A stretch of 64,000 bases of DNA from positions 1,772 through 65,771 of the forward strand of contig DALI01000049.1 of assembly GCA_002496725.1 (NCBI GenBank), given 5' to 3'. This document shows positions 29,247-38,597 of this stretch, one piece after another (position 1 is the stretch's first letter; every line of letters begins with the position of its first letter). A program made the translations under genes and the position numbers. The stretch is from Euryarchaeota archaeon UBA181. GTDB lineage: Archaea; Thermoplasmatota; Poseidoniia; Poseidoniales; Thalassarchaeaceae. The notes under the pieces are model-generated. The model was not told the DNA's origin, did no database searches, and saw nothing but the letters and a program-made list of their open reading frames with translations.

Positions 29247-29954
29247 ATGCAACCGAGCGGACGCGGATACGATTCTTCAGTAGGAACTTTCTCACCAGAC
29301 GGACGACTTCACCAAGTCGAGTATGCCCGAGAGTCGGTCAAGAGAGGCTCAACAACAGTAGGGGTAAAATTCCGAGATGGAGTCATACTAATTGTCGCAA
29401 AAAGAATACCTAGCAAGTTGGTAATACCCGAGTCAATCGAGAAGATGTACAAGATTGATGATCACATAGGAATAACGACCTCGGGCCTCGTTGCTGATGC
29501 CAGGCAGTTAGTTGACAGAGCTAGGGTCCAGTGCCAGATTAACAAGATGACTTATGGGGACTCAATCGATGTCACCACTCTAGTGAAGAAGATGTGTGAC
29601 TATAAGCAGTCATTCACCCAATATGGAGGTGCAAGGCCATTCGGTACAGCATTACTCATTGCAGGCGTAGATTCGGAGGGGGCTCATCTCTACGAGACTG
29701 ATCCTTCAGGTGCGTATGGCTCGTACCAAGCAGGGGCCATTGGTAGTGGCCGCAGCGAAGTCATTTCTTACTTCGAAGAAAAATGGAAGCCAGGAATGAC
29801 AGAAAATGCGGCCATAAAGACCGGTTTAGAGGCACTTTCAGCTACTCTTGAAGATGGACTCTCCGATGAATCAGTGGAGATATGTGTGATTAATGAAGGC
29901 GGCTACAGGGAACTAGGCCCTGAAGATCTGCAGAAGCATATTTCCAAGCTTTAG
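29247..29954 (+). CDS. psmA: Proteasome alpha subunit
   Basis: GYD...TFSPDGRLHQVEYA, RPFG and TDPSG motifs. Confidence 0.97.
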   Translation: MQPSGRGYDSSVGTFSPDGRLHQVEYARESVKRGSTTVGVKFRDGVILIVAKRIPSKLVIPESIEKMYKIDDHIGITTSGLVADARQLVDRARVQCQINKMTYGDSIDVTTLVKKMCDYKQSFTQYGGARPFGTALLIAGVDSEGAHLYETDPSGAYGSYQAGAIGSGRSEVISYFEEKWKPGMTENAAIKTGLEALSATLEDGLSDESVEICVINEGGYRELGPEDLQKHISKL

Positions 29955-30002
29955 TGGCCTGCTTTCCACTATCTCCTTATGCCCCTAGCATGTACGAGCT
30001 AC

Positions 30003-30692
30003 ATGGTTAGCCTCGACGACGCGGTTATTGCGAGACTCGAGAAAGGTGGGTCAAGGTATGAGATTCTCGTTGATCCCGACCTCGTTGATGTATGGAAGGG
30101 CGATCCGTCATCAGTTGAGATGGACGACCTCCTAGCAGTAAGTGAGGTTTGGACAGATTCTCGTAATGGCGAGAGGCCAACTTCCGAAGCATTGCTTAGC
30201 GTGTTTGGCAGTAATGATATCCATCAGTGCGTCGATATCATACTTAGAAAAGGCTCAATACAACTTACTACGATACAGAGAAAGAAGATGGTACAAGAGA
30301 AAAAACTTCAGATAATAAATGAAATAGCTACAACTGCTACCGATCCAAAGACAAGGATGCCACATCCCAGGACTAGGATAGAGAATGCCCTGGAGGAAGC
30401 ACGTTTTTCTGTTGATCCATTCAAATCAGTTGAGAGTCAGGTTTCTGATGCCGTGAAGGTACTCAAACCACTAATTCCACTACAGTTTATCACAATAAGA
30501 CTTGCTTTCAAGATTCCCGGGGCATCATATGGTTCTGTGAATCAAATCCTTAGGGACCTAGTCAAACGTCAAGAATGGCTTACTGATGGTACATGGGCAT
30601 GTGTTGTTGAGGTCCCAGGAGGGATGAAGAATGAATTAATTAGCAAGGTTGCAAGTAGGGCCTCAGAGGCTGAAGTCAAGGAGCTTGACTGA
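30003..30692 (+). CDS. sbds: Ribosome maturation factor SBDS/Sdo1
   Basis: YEILVDP, GSIQLT and DPKTRMPHP motifs; conserved position after psmA. Confidence 0.95.
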   Translation: MVSLDDAVIARLEKGGSRYEILVDPDLVDVWKGDPSSVEMDDLLAVSEVWTDSRNGERPTSEALLSVFGSNDIHQCVDIILRKGSIQLTTIQRKKMVQEKKLQIINEIATTATDPKTRMPHPRTRIENALEEARFSVDPFKSVESQVSDAVKVLKPLIPLQFITIRLAFKIPGASYGSVNQILRDLVKRQEWLTDGTWACVVEVPGGMKNELISKVASRASEAEVKELD

Positions 30693-30756
30693 CTCCCCAC
30701 CGAAGGTGTCGACATCAACGGTTATGAATAGTAGGCCGGTCGGGCAGCTCGATAAC

Positions 30757-31425
30757 ATGAGTAATGAGAGCAACGCGGGCGGACCGCGAGACTCACGACG
30801 CACCCTCGTCGTCGTGCCAGGAGAAGACCTGGGAGTATCTGAGGGGATTGAAGCTGGTCACGGCGTTTTAGTTGTTGATGACAGAATCATATCGACGAAA
30901 CAAGGACGAATGAGTAGAAAGGGAAACACAATTTCTGTTGACCCCCTTCACACAAGATATATGCCTAGGCCAGGTGATTTGGTAATAGGCCATATTGAGG
31001 GATGCACTAACAATATCTGGTTCATAGACATAGGTGCCCCATTCAATTCAATTCTACCGATGAGCCTCGGTCCTGCCAAGGTCGAATTCGGCGGAACTAG
31101 GAAGGTTCTGGATATTGGTGACTCTATCCTTTGCAGGGTTCAAGAAGTTGAAGAAACCCATCAAAGCGTCGTTACGATGAAGGGAATGGGACTCAGGAAG
31201 ATTCGCTCAGGCGCACTAGACGAACTAGACCCCCACCTTCTTGGTAGGCTAATAGGCAAGGGAGGCGCGTTCCTCAGAGAGATGAAGATGGAAACTGATT
31301 GTAGAATCGTTGTCGCCGACAATGGCCGTCTATGGATAGATGGAGAGCTAAGTAACATATTAGAGGTCAGAAGGAGAATTAATAGTATATCTTCCGAGGC
31401 CAGAGTTGTAGGAGTTGATGCTTAA
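30757..31425 (+). CDS. rrp4: Exosome RNA-binding subunit Rrp4
   Basis: VVPGE, YMPRPGDLVIG, KH domain (LIGKGG) and NGRLWI motifs. Confidence 0.93.
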   Translation: MSNESNAGGPRDSRRTLVVVPGEDLGVSEGIEAGHGVLVVDDRIISTKQGRMSRKGNTISVDPLHTRYMPRPGDLVIGHIEGCTNNIWFIDIGAPFNSILPMSLGPAKVEFGGTRKVLDIGDSILCRVQEVEETHQSVVTMKGMGLRKIRSGALDELDPHLLGRLIGKGGAFLREMKMETDCRIVVADNGRLWIDGELSNILEVRRRINSISSEARVVGVDA

Positions 31426-32141
31426 TGGGTGGATATGGAGATGTTAGGATGATTGATGAAAATGGGCTTAGGATGGATGGCAGAAAGCCAGGAGACGTCA
31501 GGCCCATAACAATAGAAACCGGAGTAGTTCCAGTGGCAGATGGATCATGTAGGATGGTTTGGGGAACCAATGAGGCCATAGTGGCAGTTTACGGTCCTAT
31601 GGAGGCACACCCAAGAAAGATTCAACGCCAAGACAGGGCAGTAATTGATGTCGCGTACAACATGGCCCCATTTTCGACCACTGATAGGATTAGACCAGGC
31701 TTCAATAGAAGAAGTAGAGAAATCAGTAAGGTCACAAAGGATGCTTTAGAGAGCGTAGTTCTTCTGGAACTATACCCCAGATCAAAGATTAGAGTCAGCA
31801 TTGAGATAGTTTCTGCAGAGGCTGGAACTAGATGTGTTGGTCTGACTGCGGCCTCGGTCGCACTAGCTGATGCAGGAATTCCAATGACTGATCTGATCGT
31901 CAGTGTCGCTAGTGGCAAGGTAAACGATGTGGTCGTTTGTGACTTGAACAAAGAGGAGGACAACTATGGGGAGGCAGATCTACCAATGGGAGTACTGCCT
32001 AATTCAGGAGAGCTAGTTTTCTTACAGATGGACGGAAACCTGTCCCCTGAAGAGTTCAAGCAAGCATGGGACTACAATGTGGATGCGGCCATGGAAGTTC
32101 ACAAACTGATGGTAAAAGCCCTCAAGGGGGGTGACAACTGA
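31425..32141 (+). CDS. rrp41: Exosome subunit Rrp41
   Basis: RMDGRK, YNMAPFST, RRSREIS, AGTR and EED..GEADLP motifs. Confidence 0.96.
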   Translation: MGGYGDVRMIDENGLRMDGRKPGDVRPITIETGVVPVADGSCRMVWGTNEAIVAVYGPMEAHPRKIQRQDRAVIDVAYNMAPFSTTDRIRPGFNRRSREISKVTKDALESVVLLELYPRSKIRVSIEIVSAEAGTRCVGLTAASVALADAGIPMTDLIVSVASGKVNDVVVCDLNKEEDNYGEADLPMGVLPNSGELVFLQMDGNLSPEEFKQAWDYNVDAAMEVHKLMVKALKGGDN

Positions 32142-32914
32142 TGTCCGCGCCAACAGTTCCCAACTTGCTACGAGCCCATCTTTCAGATCTAGCTCTAAAC
32201 GATGCTAGACTAGATGGTAGATCCAAATTCGAGGGAAGAGAACTAAAGCTAGAAACAGGGATTCTCCCAAGAGCCGAGGGTTCTGCCAAGGTTACTATGG
32301 GCGATACGATAGTATTGGCAGGAGTCAAATTTCAGCTTATGACTCCATACTCAGACAGGCCAAACCAAGGAGGACTGATGTGCTCTTGCGAGGTCAGACC
32401 CTTAGCAGGAAGGCACTGGGAAGCAGGACCACCTAGTCCTGAATCAATAGAGTTAGGGAGGGTCGTAGACCGTGGAATTAGGGAATCGGGTTGTATAGAT
32501 GTCGATGATTTGTGCATCATTCCAGGAGAGAAGGCTTGGCAGGTCATCCTTGACCTTCACGCTATCTCGGATGATGGGAACCTCTTCGATGCTTTTGCTT
32601 TAGCAGGAATCGCCGCCCTAAGGAGCGCGATAATTCCCGCCGAGAGGTTCGAAGTAGGGGAAGATATGCCTTTGAAAGTCTCCAAAAAGCCGATTATGTG
32701 CTCATACCATAAGGTCGGAGGAAGGTTCGTCTATGACGCTTCTTACAAAGAGGAACTAGGTGGGGATGAGAGAATTCACATAACCCTGGGTGACGACGAT
32801 CACGTCCATTCTCTCCAGAAGGGTCTAAAGGGAATCTTCACGGCAGACGAATTCGCTGAGATAATGGAGCACGCCAAAGTAAGATGTGCTGAACTTAGGA
32901 AAATTGTGGATTAA
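32141..32914 (+). CDS. rrp42: Exosome subunit Rrp42
   Basis: RLDGR, AEGSA, ELGRVVDRGIRES and DDGNLFDA motifs. Confidence 0.96.
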   Translation: MSAPTVPNLLRAHLSDLALNDARLDGRSKFEGRELKLETGILPRAEGSAKVTMGDTIVLAGVKFQLMTPYSDRPNQGGLMCSCEVRPLAGRHWEAGPPSPESIELGRVVDRGIRESGCIDVDDLCIIPGEKAWQVILDLHAISDDGNLFDAFALAGIAALRSAIIPAERFEVGEDMPLKVSKKPIMCSYHKVGGRFVYDASYKEELGGDERIHITLGDDDHVHSLQKGLKGIFTADEFAEIMEHAKVRCAELRKIVD

Positions 32915-32926
32915 TAGGTGATTGAA

Positions 32927-33295
32927 ATGGCAAAAAGAACTCAGAAAGCTGGACTAACCGCTCGATTCGGTTCGAGATATGGAGTTAGCGTAAGAAGGCG
33001 AGCTGGATCAGCTCTCAAGAAGAAATCTAGACAGTATACCTGTCCATCATGTCAGTACCCTAAGGTAAGGAGGAAGTCCGCTGGAATTTGGGAATGCAGG
33101 AAATGCAATTATACATTCACTGGCGGAGTTTGGGAGCCGTTTACTAGGGCCTCCGATGCTAACAACAGAGTAGTTAGAAGATCAATGGAAGGTGCAACAG
33201 CAACTGACATGGCGGTTATAGCACAACAAGCCGCAATGGATTTTGAGAGAAAATTGGTGGAGGCAGACGAAGTTGCCGACTCAGAGGAAGAATGA
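32927..33295 (+). CDS. rpl37ae: 50S ribosomal protein eL43 (L37Ae) with a C-terminal extension
   Basis: RFGSRYG and CPSC..GIWECRKC motifs; SD AGGTGA at 32916-32921. Confidence 0.95.
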   Translation: MAKRTQKAGLTARFGSRYGVSVRRRAGSALKKKSRQYTCPSCQYPKVRRKSAGIWECRKCNYTFTGGVWEPFTRASDANNRVVRRSMEGATATDMAVIAQQAAMDFERKLVEADEVADSEEE

Positions 33296-33515
33296 GGATA
33301 AAATCTCAATCGATCTCGATTTTCCTCATGCGGACGCTGAGCATATAGCAAGCGGACTCCGGACAGAATCTGAATTCACAGAGCTTAATGGGATAATTTC
33401 CATTTCAATCTCCGCTACAAATTTCTCAGATCTAAGGGCGATATGGAATTCAACGATGAGGGGCTTGGTAGCTTCAGAGCAAGCTTTGAATGCTATCAAA
33501 GGGTCAAGTGAGTAG
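33273..33515 (+). CDS. pcc1: KEOPS subunit Pcc1-like protein
   Basis: ISATNFSDLRAIWNSTMR motif; syntenic position before pfdB; TTG start with GGAGG at 33259-33263. Confidence 0.72.
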   Translation: MPTQRKNEDKISIDLDFPHADAEHIASGLRTESEFTELNGIISISISATNFSDLRAIWNSTMRGLVASEQALNAIKGSSE

Positions 33516-33516
33516 T

Positions 33517-33840
33517 ATGAGTGGCAATGACGAAGTCGCTGAGGCCCTGAAAAGAGTAGCACAAGAGCTACAGGCAACGCTGTCCCAGATACAAAATGTA
33601 ACTACACAACTAAGCGAACTATCTATCACAATTGATGCACTTTCGTCTCAAGACCCTGGAAAACCAGTATACAGGGCCATAGGAAGCCTTCTTCTCGAAG
33701 TAGAAGATAGGGATTCCCTGAAGGATGATCTCGAGTCATCGATGAGGGCCTTTCAAGAACATATGGATAGACTTTCCTCCAAGGAGGGCGAACTACGTAG
33801 CAATTATGATGCTCTAGTCAGCGCCTATGAATCACAGTGA
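33517..33840 (+). CDS. pfdB: Prefoldin beta subunit
   Basis: Coiled coils flanking VYRAIGSLL; syntenic position. Confidence 0.9.
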   Translation: MSGNDEVAEALKRVAQELQATLSQIQNVTTQLSELSITIDALSSQDPGKPVYRAIGSLLLEVEDRDSLKDDLESSMRAFQEHMDRLSSKEGELRSNYDALVSAYESQ

Positions 33841-34676
33841 GAGGCATGACTGAATCATTCTCAGAAAAAAATAATCTCGGAGACGAGCTGAATTTAATGC
33901 TGGAATTGCTAGCAGTCGGTAAGGCAGAAGAAGCTAAGGTGATATCTCAAGAAATATTGGATAGATCCAGGTCCACCTCCGAGAGGAATCACGAGATAGA
34001 AGCTCGCGTCAGGGTTGAAAGAGCTTTGATTGGCGCCATCCCAGTCGAGACTATTGGGACTGAATTGAGATGGTGCGCGGATAGGCTGAATGCTATTTCA
34101 CCCGGCACCTCTTTACATGGCTTAGCACTATTGAATTTAGCTACATGGCATGCGAACAGGGGTGAGTCAATGATGGCTTTAGCTACTCATTCAGAAATAT
34201 CCATCAATAACGGACACCCTCTGGATATCAACTCTTTATCTCGATTAGAAGTTGGGAGGATACTATCCGCCATGAAAGATTACGGCCCTTCTATGAGGCA
34301 CCTATGGTCAGCTAGGAACGGATTCATTGAGCTTAAGATGTATCCCGAGGCAATATCCTCCTCACTAGAATGGCTCGATTTAGCTCTCGATGATGTTAGT
34401 TCGGATTCGCCAAACATGTCTTCGATATTAGAGAATGCCAAACCGCGCGCCGGGCCTGGCAATACCTATCTTTCCTCAAATCGAGATGATGTCAAATCCG
34501 TTGTTGAGTATCTGTTCCCACTACTAACCGAAGATCTATCTGGAATATCGAGAATTGATCTAGGGCTTATTCTGGAAGCCTCTGATAAATTAGACAGGGA
34601 AATTTGGAAGAACGCAATTTTAGCAAGGATTGATGAGATTCAAGATCCTAACATTTTGGAAGAGCTCCAATCATGA
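33837..34676 (+). CDS. Hypothetical helical (TPR-like) protein
   Basis: 279-aa helical ORF coupled to pfdB by a GTGA overlap. Confidence 0.65.
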   Translation: MRGMTESFSEKNNLGDELNLMLELLAVGKAEEAKVISQEILDRSRSTSERNHEIEARVRVERALIGAIPVETIGTELRWCADRLNAISPGTSLHGLALLNLATWHANRGESMMALATHSEISINNGHPLDINSLSRLEVGRILSAMKDYGPSMRHLWSARNGFIELKMYPEAISSSLEWLDLALDDVSSDSPNMSSILENAKPRAGPGNTYLSSNRDDVKSVVEYLFPLLTEDLSGISRIDLGLILEASDKLDREIWKNAILARIDEIQDPNILEELQS

Positions 34677-35032
34677 CTCTTGATACGCTCTATCTCTTCT
34701 TCATCCCATGATAGCCTAGAGGGGACATCAATACACCATCCAACTTCCTCTATTGAGGAATCTTCGGATACCCATGGTTCCGGAACTGGTTCATCATTAA
34801 CTTCAACCAATACAACGACCCCATCTTTCACTAGCTTCGTTTCATATGAAATGGCGGTCCCAAGTAGGCCTGTTTCCTCGTATAGCTCCCTCAATGCGGC
34901 AACATCCCACTCCTCGTCTTTCATTACATTCCCTCCTGGTAGCTCCCAACCTCTCTCTCGATGCAAAACCATCACCCAAGGATTTCCAAGATCAGCTCCT
35001 TTACTAGAATAAACCCAACATACTACAAACAC
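34640..35032 (-). CDS. Nudix hydrolase
   Basis: Nudix box WELPGG...AALRELYEETG. Confidence 0.9.
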   Translation of the reverse strand: MFVVCWVYSSKGADLGNPWVMVLHRERGWELPGGNVMKDEEWDVAALRELYEETGLLGTAISYETKLVKDGVVVLVEVNDEPVPEPWVSEDSSIEEVGWCIDVPSRLSWDEEEIERIKSHDWSSSKMLGS

Positions 35033-36027
35033 TATTCTCCCTCCATTCTCCCACGTAGTCCTTCATGAATTTCCAACGCACCTTCGACGCCTTGGGTAGC
35101 CATCCTCCTGGACATAAAGAAAGCCTCAGAAACCCTACCACTGTTTATGAGCTCTTGGACTTCCAGCAAAGGGTCGTCTACAGATTCCCCCATCTCAGTT
35201 AATTCTGTATACTCTGGAGTAGCCATATCTTCCATCTTCCTAAGGAAGTCGACTCGTTGCTTCACCCCAGGAGATGTCCAAGCGGTCTTCTCGACTCCAT
35301 CGATTTCATTTTCCATCCTCACTTTAAACTCATCACGGACAGGATTAGATGGAAAGCATACTTGGGCTTGATCATAGCAAAGCCATGCATCACTATACTC
35401 CATTCTTCTCTCGTGCATTCTACCCAGAGAGGTCCAAGCCTCATGGTTAGAAGGCCTCTGAGCTAGAATTAACCTTGATAGCCTCAGGAATTGCTCTTCA
35501 TCTCCAGAATCCCTTATTCTTTCAATCCTTCTGGAGAAAAGAACATTCGCGCGCCTATCTCTAAGATCAAGCTTTCCAGCACGATCTAGGAAGTCTGCAA
35601 GTAGTGATTCTGAGACTGATACTAATTTCCACCAATGATCCGGATCTAGGGGGTCCGCATCCAATGAGGCATCTAGCAAAAGGGCGCCCGATGTAAGGAA
35701 GTCTATCCCGTCAAGTTGAATAAGATGCTCGGGCTTCCTTCCCAGGACGGCAAAAAGGTCTTCCAATGCCGATCTGATGCCTATTGTGTCCCCTAACAGT
35801 ACCTTCACCCTGACAAGATTCTTCCAGTTCTCAGGGTTTGTGAAATCGTACAGAACCGCCTGACGCGCGCTTTGCTCGCCCCACTCAAGATTAACGGATC
35901 TATCCGGGTCGACTACTCCATTGGCATCAAGTGCCAGGGAAACGTATTTCTCAGATTGGCTCCTGTGTCTATCTCCAAGACTTCTTCTTGGATGTTGCAG
36001 ACTATCTGAGATATCTAACTTCGACAT
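35032..36027 (-). CDS. TPR-containing hypothetical protein
   Basis: TPR-like segment PSNHEAWTSLG...AWLCYDQA...P. Confidence 0.7.
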   Translation of the reverse strand: MSKLDISDSLQHPRRSLGDRHRSQSEKYVSLALDANGVVDPDRSVNLEWGEQSARQAVLYDFTNPENWKNLVRVKVLLGDTIGIRSALEDLFAVLGRKPEHLIQLDGIDFLTSGALLLDASLDADPLDPDHWWKLVSVSESLLADFLDRAGKLDLRDRRANVLFSRRIERIRDSGDEEQFLRLSRLILAQRPSNHEAWTSLGRMHERRMEYSDAWLCYDQAQVCFPSNPVRDEFKVRMENEIDGVEKTAWTSPGVKQRVDFLRKMEDMATPEYTELTEMGESVDDPLLEVQELINSGRVSEAFFMSRRMATQGVEGALEIHEGLRGRMEGE

Positions 36028-36034
36028 ATGGACA

Positions 36035-37348
36035 TCACAAAACCGACTCGTAAGGGGATCTATCTATGCCCGGGGTCAATGTTGCATCCATGCCAATCTT
36101 ACTGGTAATCCCATCTTCGCTACGACTTGGATCAAGACTCGAGCCCCTCTGTCCCGTCAAGATCATGGTATCCTTGTCAGGTTGCCATCTAGTCATCAGT
36201 GCCCACTCGACCCTTTTGGAATCAGAAATATCGATATCTGTGTCTACGACAACAACTTGCTTCATTGAGGGGTGCCCCTGAAAAGCCGCTTCTATAGCTA
36301 ACATACCGTCTCCTTCTTTCTTTGGTACTATCTGCACTACTGATGAAAGCCATCCACAACCACCATCGGTCATCTGCACGTCAACACATTCTACTACCTT
36401 GGAAACAGAATTCTTGATCGTTGGAGCCCTTGGCATCCCCATAAGAGTTCTATGCTCGATCCCAGTTGGAATAAGGGCATGGAATATTGGATCAATTCGA
36501 TGATTGACTTTCTCATATCTTATGACGTGCTCCTGCCTGATATCGTCTACCGTACCCGTGATATCCACGTAAGGCCCCTCATCATCCCTCTCAGTGGTTA
36601 TTTTGGCTTCCATGGCATATTCTGCGTCTGCCGGTACCATCACGCCATTAGGGAGTATTACCACCTTCAGAGGAGTTCCGTGTAGCTTTCTGTGTAGGGA
36701 CGAGGCGACTGTCAACTCATCCACATAATCCGAGAAAGACATAGCAGCTGCCAAAAGAACGGTTGGATCAGCACCATTCACTACGGCTATTGGAACGTCC
36801 TCCCCGGCTTCTGCAGCTTCTGCACTGATGGTCCTCAGATGCCTAGGGACAAGCCTAGCCACCGTATGCTCAGGATCTCTTAGTAACTGACGATGGAAAG
36901 ACACATTCCTGATTCCTGAATACTGAGCAACAATTATTGATGCCGATTGGTATCTACCTCCATCCTCTCTGAAATGCCAAGGAATTGGAATCTTCGTCAA
37001 ATCTACCTTTTCTTGACCCGACTGCATCACAGGAGCTTCAGACGCCTCTACAATCTCTGGCTCCGATGGATTTTCCATGGCCCATGCTAATACATCAATC
37101 AGGTCTCCAGGTGAGATATCAAACATTTCGCATAGCCTAGATTTTTCTAAAACATTCAGAGCGGCCCTATGGCCTGGTGCTTCATCTATCTCATCGAAAA
37201 TAAGTGGAACATCTCCTAGACGGTTAGAGGCATCTATCATGCCGTGCAATACACTAATTGTTTCCTTTACGTTCATGACGTCTCCAAGCATGTCCCGGAA
37301 GGCCATATCAGGGGGCGGAGTCAATACATGCTTGAATGTTAGTGACAT
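36035..37348 (-). CDS. UbiD-family prFMN decarboxylase, probably anhydromevalonate phosphate decarboxylase
   Basis: EDGGRY, NVSFHR, EGPYVDITGT and VVVDTDID motifs. Confidence 0.85.
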   Translation of the reverse strand: MSLTFKHVLTPPPDMAFRDMLGDVMNVKETISVLHGMIDASNRLGDVPLIFDEIDEAPGHRAALNVLEKSRLCEMFDISPGDLIDVLAWAMENPSEPEIVEASEAPVMQSGQEKVDLTKIPIPWHFREDGGRYQSASIIVAQYSGIRNVSFHRQLLRDPEHTVARLVPRHLRTISAEAAEAGEDVPIAVVNGADPTVLLAAAMSFSDYVDELTVASSLHRKLHGTPLKVVILPNGVMVPADAEYAMEAKITTERDDEGPYVDITGTVDDIRQEHVIRYEKVNHRIDPIFHALIPTGIEHRTLMGMPRAPTIKNSVSKVVECVDVQMTDGGCGWLSSVVQIVPKKEGDGMLAIEAAFQGHPSMKQVVVVDTDIDISDSKRVEWALMTRWQPDKDTMILTGQRGSSLDPSRSEDGITSKIGMDATLTPGIDRSPYESVL

Positions 37349-37428
37349 TAACCCCCTCTAGCCCCTACTAAGCACAGGCTACCCCGTCACGCTCTTATAC
37401 CCCATGAGGGTCGGCGAGACGTCATTCT

Positions 37429-37434
37429 GAGGTG
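37429..37434 (+). promoter_or_regulatory. Shine-Dalgarno site (GAGGTG) of rps12
   Basis: Matches archaeal GGAGGTGA just upstream of TTG 37440; TATA-like cttatac at about 37393. Confidence 0.6.
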
Positions 37435-37439
37435 TCATT

Positions 37440-37880
37440 TTGGGTAGAGGTCTTTTCTCCGGACAGAAGATGAAGACCGATAGGAAGAGATATCGCTGGA
37501 AGGAGCGCAAGTTCAGAGACCGTCAATTCAAGCAGCAGAGGGGCGGCGTACTGAAGCACGACCCACTGGTGGGAAGTACTCAAGCTAAGGGAATAGTTAT
37601 AGAAAAAGTAGGTTTTGAGGCCAAACAGCCTAATTCTGGAATTCGTAAGGCAGTGAAGATAAGTCTGATAAAGACTGGAAATCAACTTACTGCCTTCGCT
37701 CCAGGGGATGGTGCTATTTCATTCATAGACGAGCATGACGAGGTCCTCGTAGAGGGCATCGGAGGAAGCAAAGGTAGGTCATATGGTGATCTTCCGGGTG
37801 TCAGATACAAGGTTATCAAGGTAAACGGCGTTTCACTTGATGAAATGGTCAGAGGACGCAAGGAAAAGCCAATCAGGTAG
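37440..37880 (+). CDS. rps12: 30S ribosomal protein uS12
   Basis: [14 protein letters not shown] and [10 protein letters not shown] motifs. Confidence 0.97.
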   Translation: MGRGLFSGQKMKTDRKRYRWKERKFRDRQFKQQRGGVLKHDPLVGSTQAKGIVIEKVGFEAKQPNSGIRKAVKISLIKTGNQLTAFAPGDGAISFIDEHDEVLVEGIGGSKGRSYGDLPGVRYKVIKVNGVSLDEMVRGRKEKPIR

Positions 37881-37887
37881 TGTTGTG

Positions 37888-38505
37888 ATGTCCGAAGAAT
37901 CAATTCAGGAAGCTACTGCGGTAGAGGCCCCCATTGCTGGAATTGGGACAATGGTTTTCGGAAAGTGGGATGCAACTGAAGTTACTTGCTCAGATCCCGG
38001 ACTAGCACCATACATCAACTTGACAACAATAGGTACCCCTCACAGCGGAGGCCGGCATGCTAATGCATGGTTTGGAAAATCAAAACTTTCAGTAGTTGAG
38101 AGATTCATCAATAATCTGATGAGGACAGGAAAATTCTCTGGAAAGAAGCAACATTGTGCGAAGGCGTACGAAGCGGCCCTCGATTCAATCAATGAGAGGA
38201 GTGGAGAGAATCCCCTCCAATCGTTTATCGACGCGATCGTTGAGGCCGCCCCTTGCGAAGAGATTACTAGAATCAAGCAAGGAGCTGTTAGCACTCCTAA
38301 GGCCGTCGACTCTTCTCCAAGCAGGAGATTAGATATCGCATTGAGGAACCTAGCAATAGGTTGCACATCAGCTACAGCCGGCAGTAAGAGGACATTGGTA
38401 CAGGGAATAGTCAGTGAAATTTCCAAGGCTGCAGAGGGAGATGTTGCAGCTTTCTCCATAGGAAAGAGGGAAGAAATCGAACGTGTCGCCGCTTCCGCAA
38501 GGTAA
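37888..38505 (+). CDS. rps7: 30S ribosomal protein uS7
   Basis: PHSGGRH, VERFINNLM, AVDSSPSRR and ERVAASAR motifs. Confidence 0.96.
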   Translation: MSEESIQEATAVEAPIAGIGTMVFGKWDATEVTCSDPGLAPYINLTTIGTPHSGGRHANAWFGKSKLSVVERFINNLMRTGKFSGKKQHCAKAYEAALDSINERSGENPLQSFIDAIVEAAPCEEITRIKQGAVSTPKAVDSSPSRRLDIALRNLAIGCTSATAGSKRTLVQGIVSEISKAAEGDVAAFSIGKREEIERVAASAR

Positions 38506-38511
38506 TACTCG

Positions 38512-38540
38512 AGTAGTCTTTCGGTCTACTTTTTACTTCT
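38512..38540 (+). terminator. Imperfect hairpin plus T-rich tract after rps7
   Basis: agtagtctttcggtctact followed by ttttacttct. Confidence 0.4.
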
Positions 38541-38597
38541 TGCTACAATCGGATTTATGAACCAAAGTCAGGTGGCTCGACCCATAGAGGAATTGAG

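Noticed and set aside
33291-33310. Possible -1 frameshift from the ATGA overlap (ATG AGG ATA AAA) into pcc1
   Set aside because: An in-frame TTG at 33273 with a correctly spaced GGAGG explains the gene without recoding.
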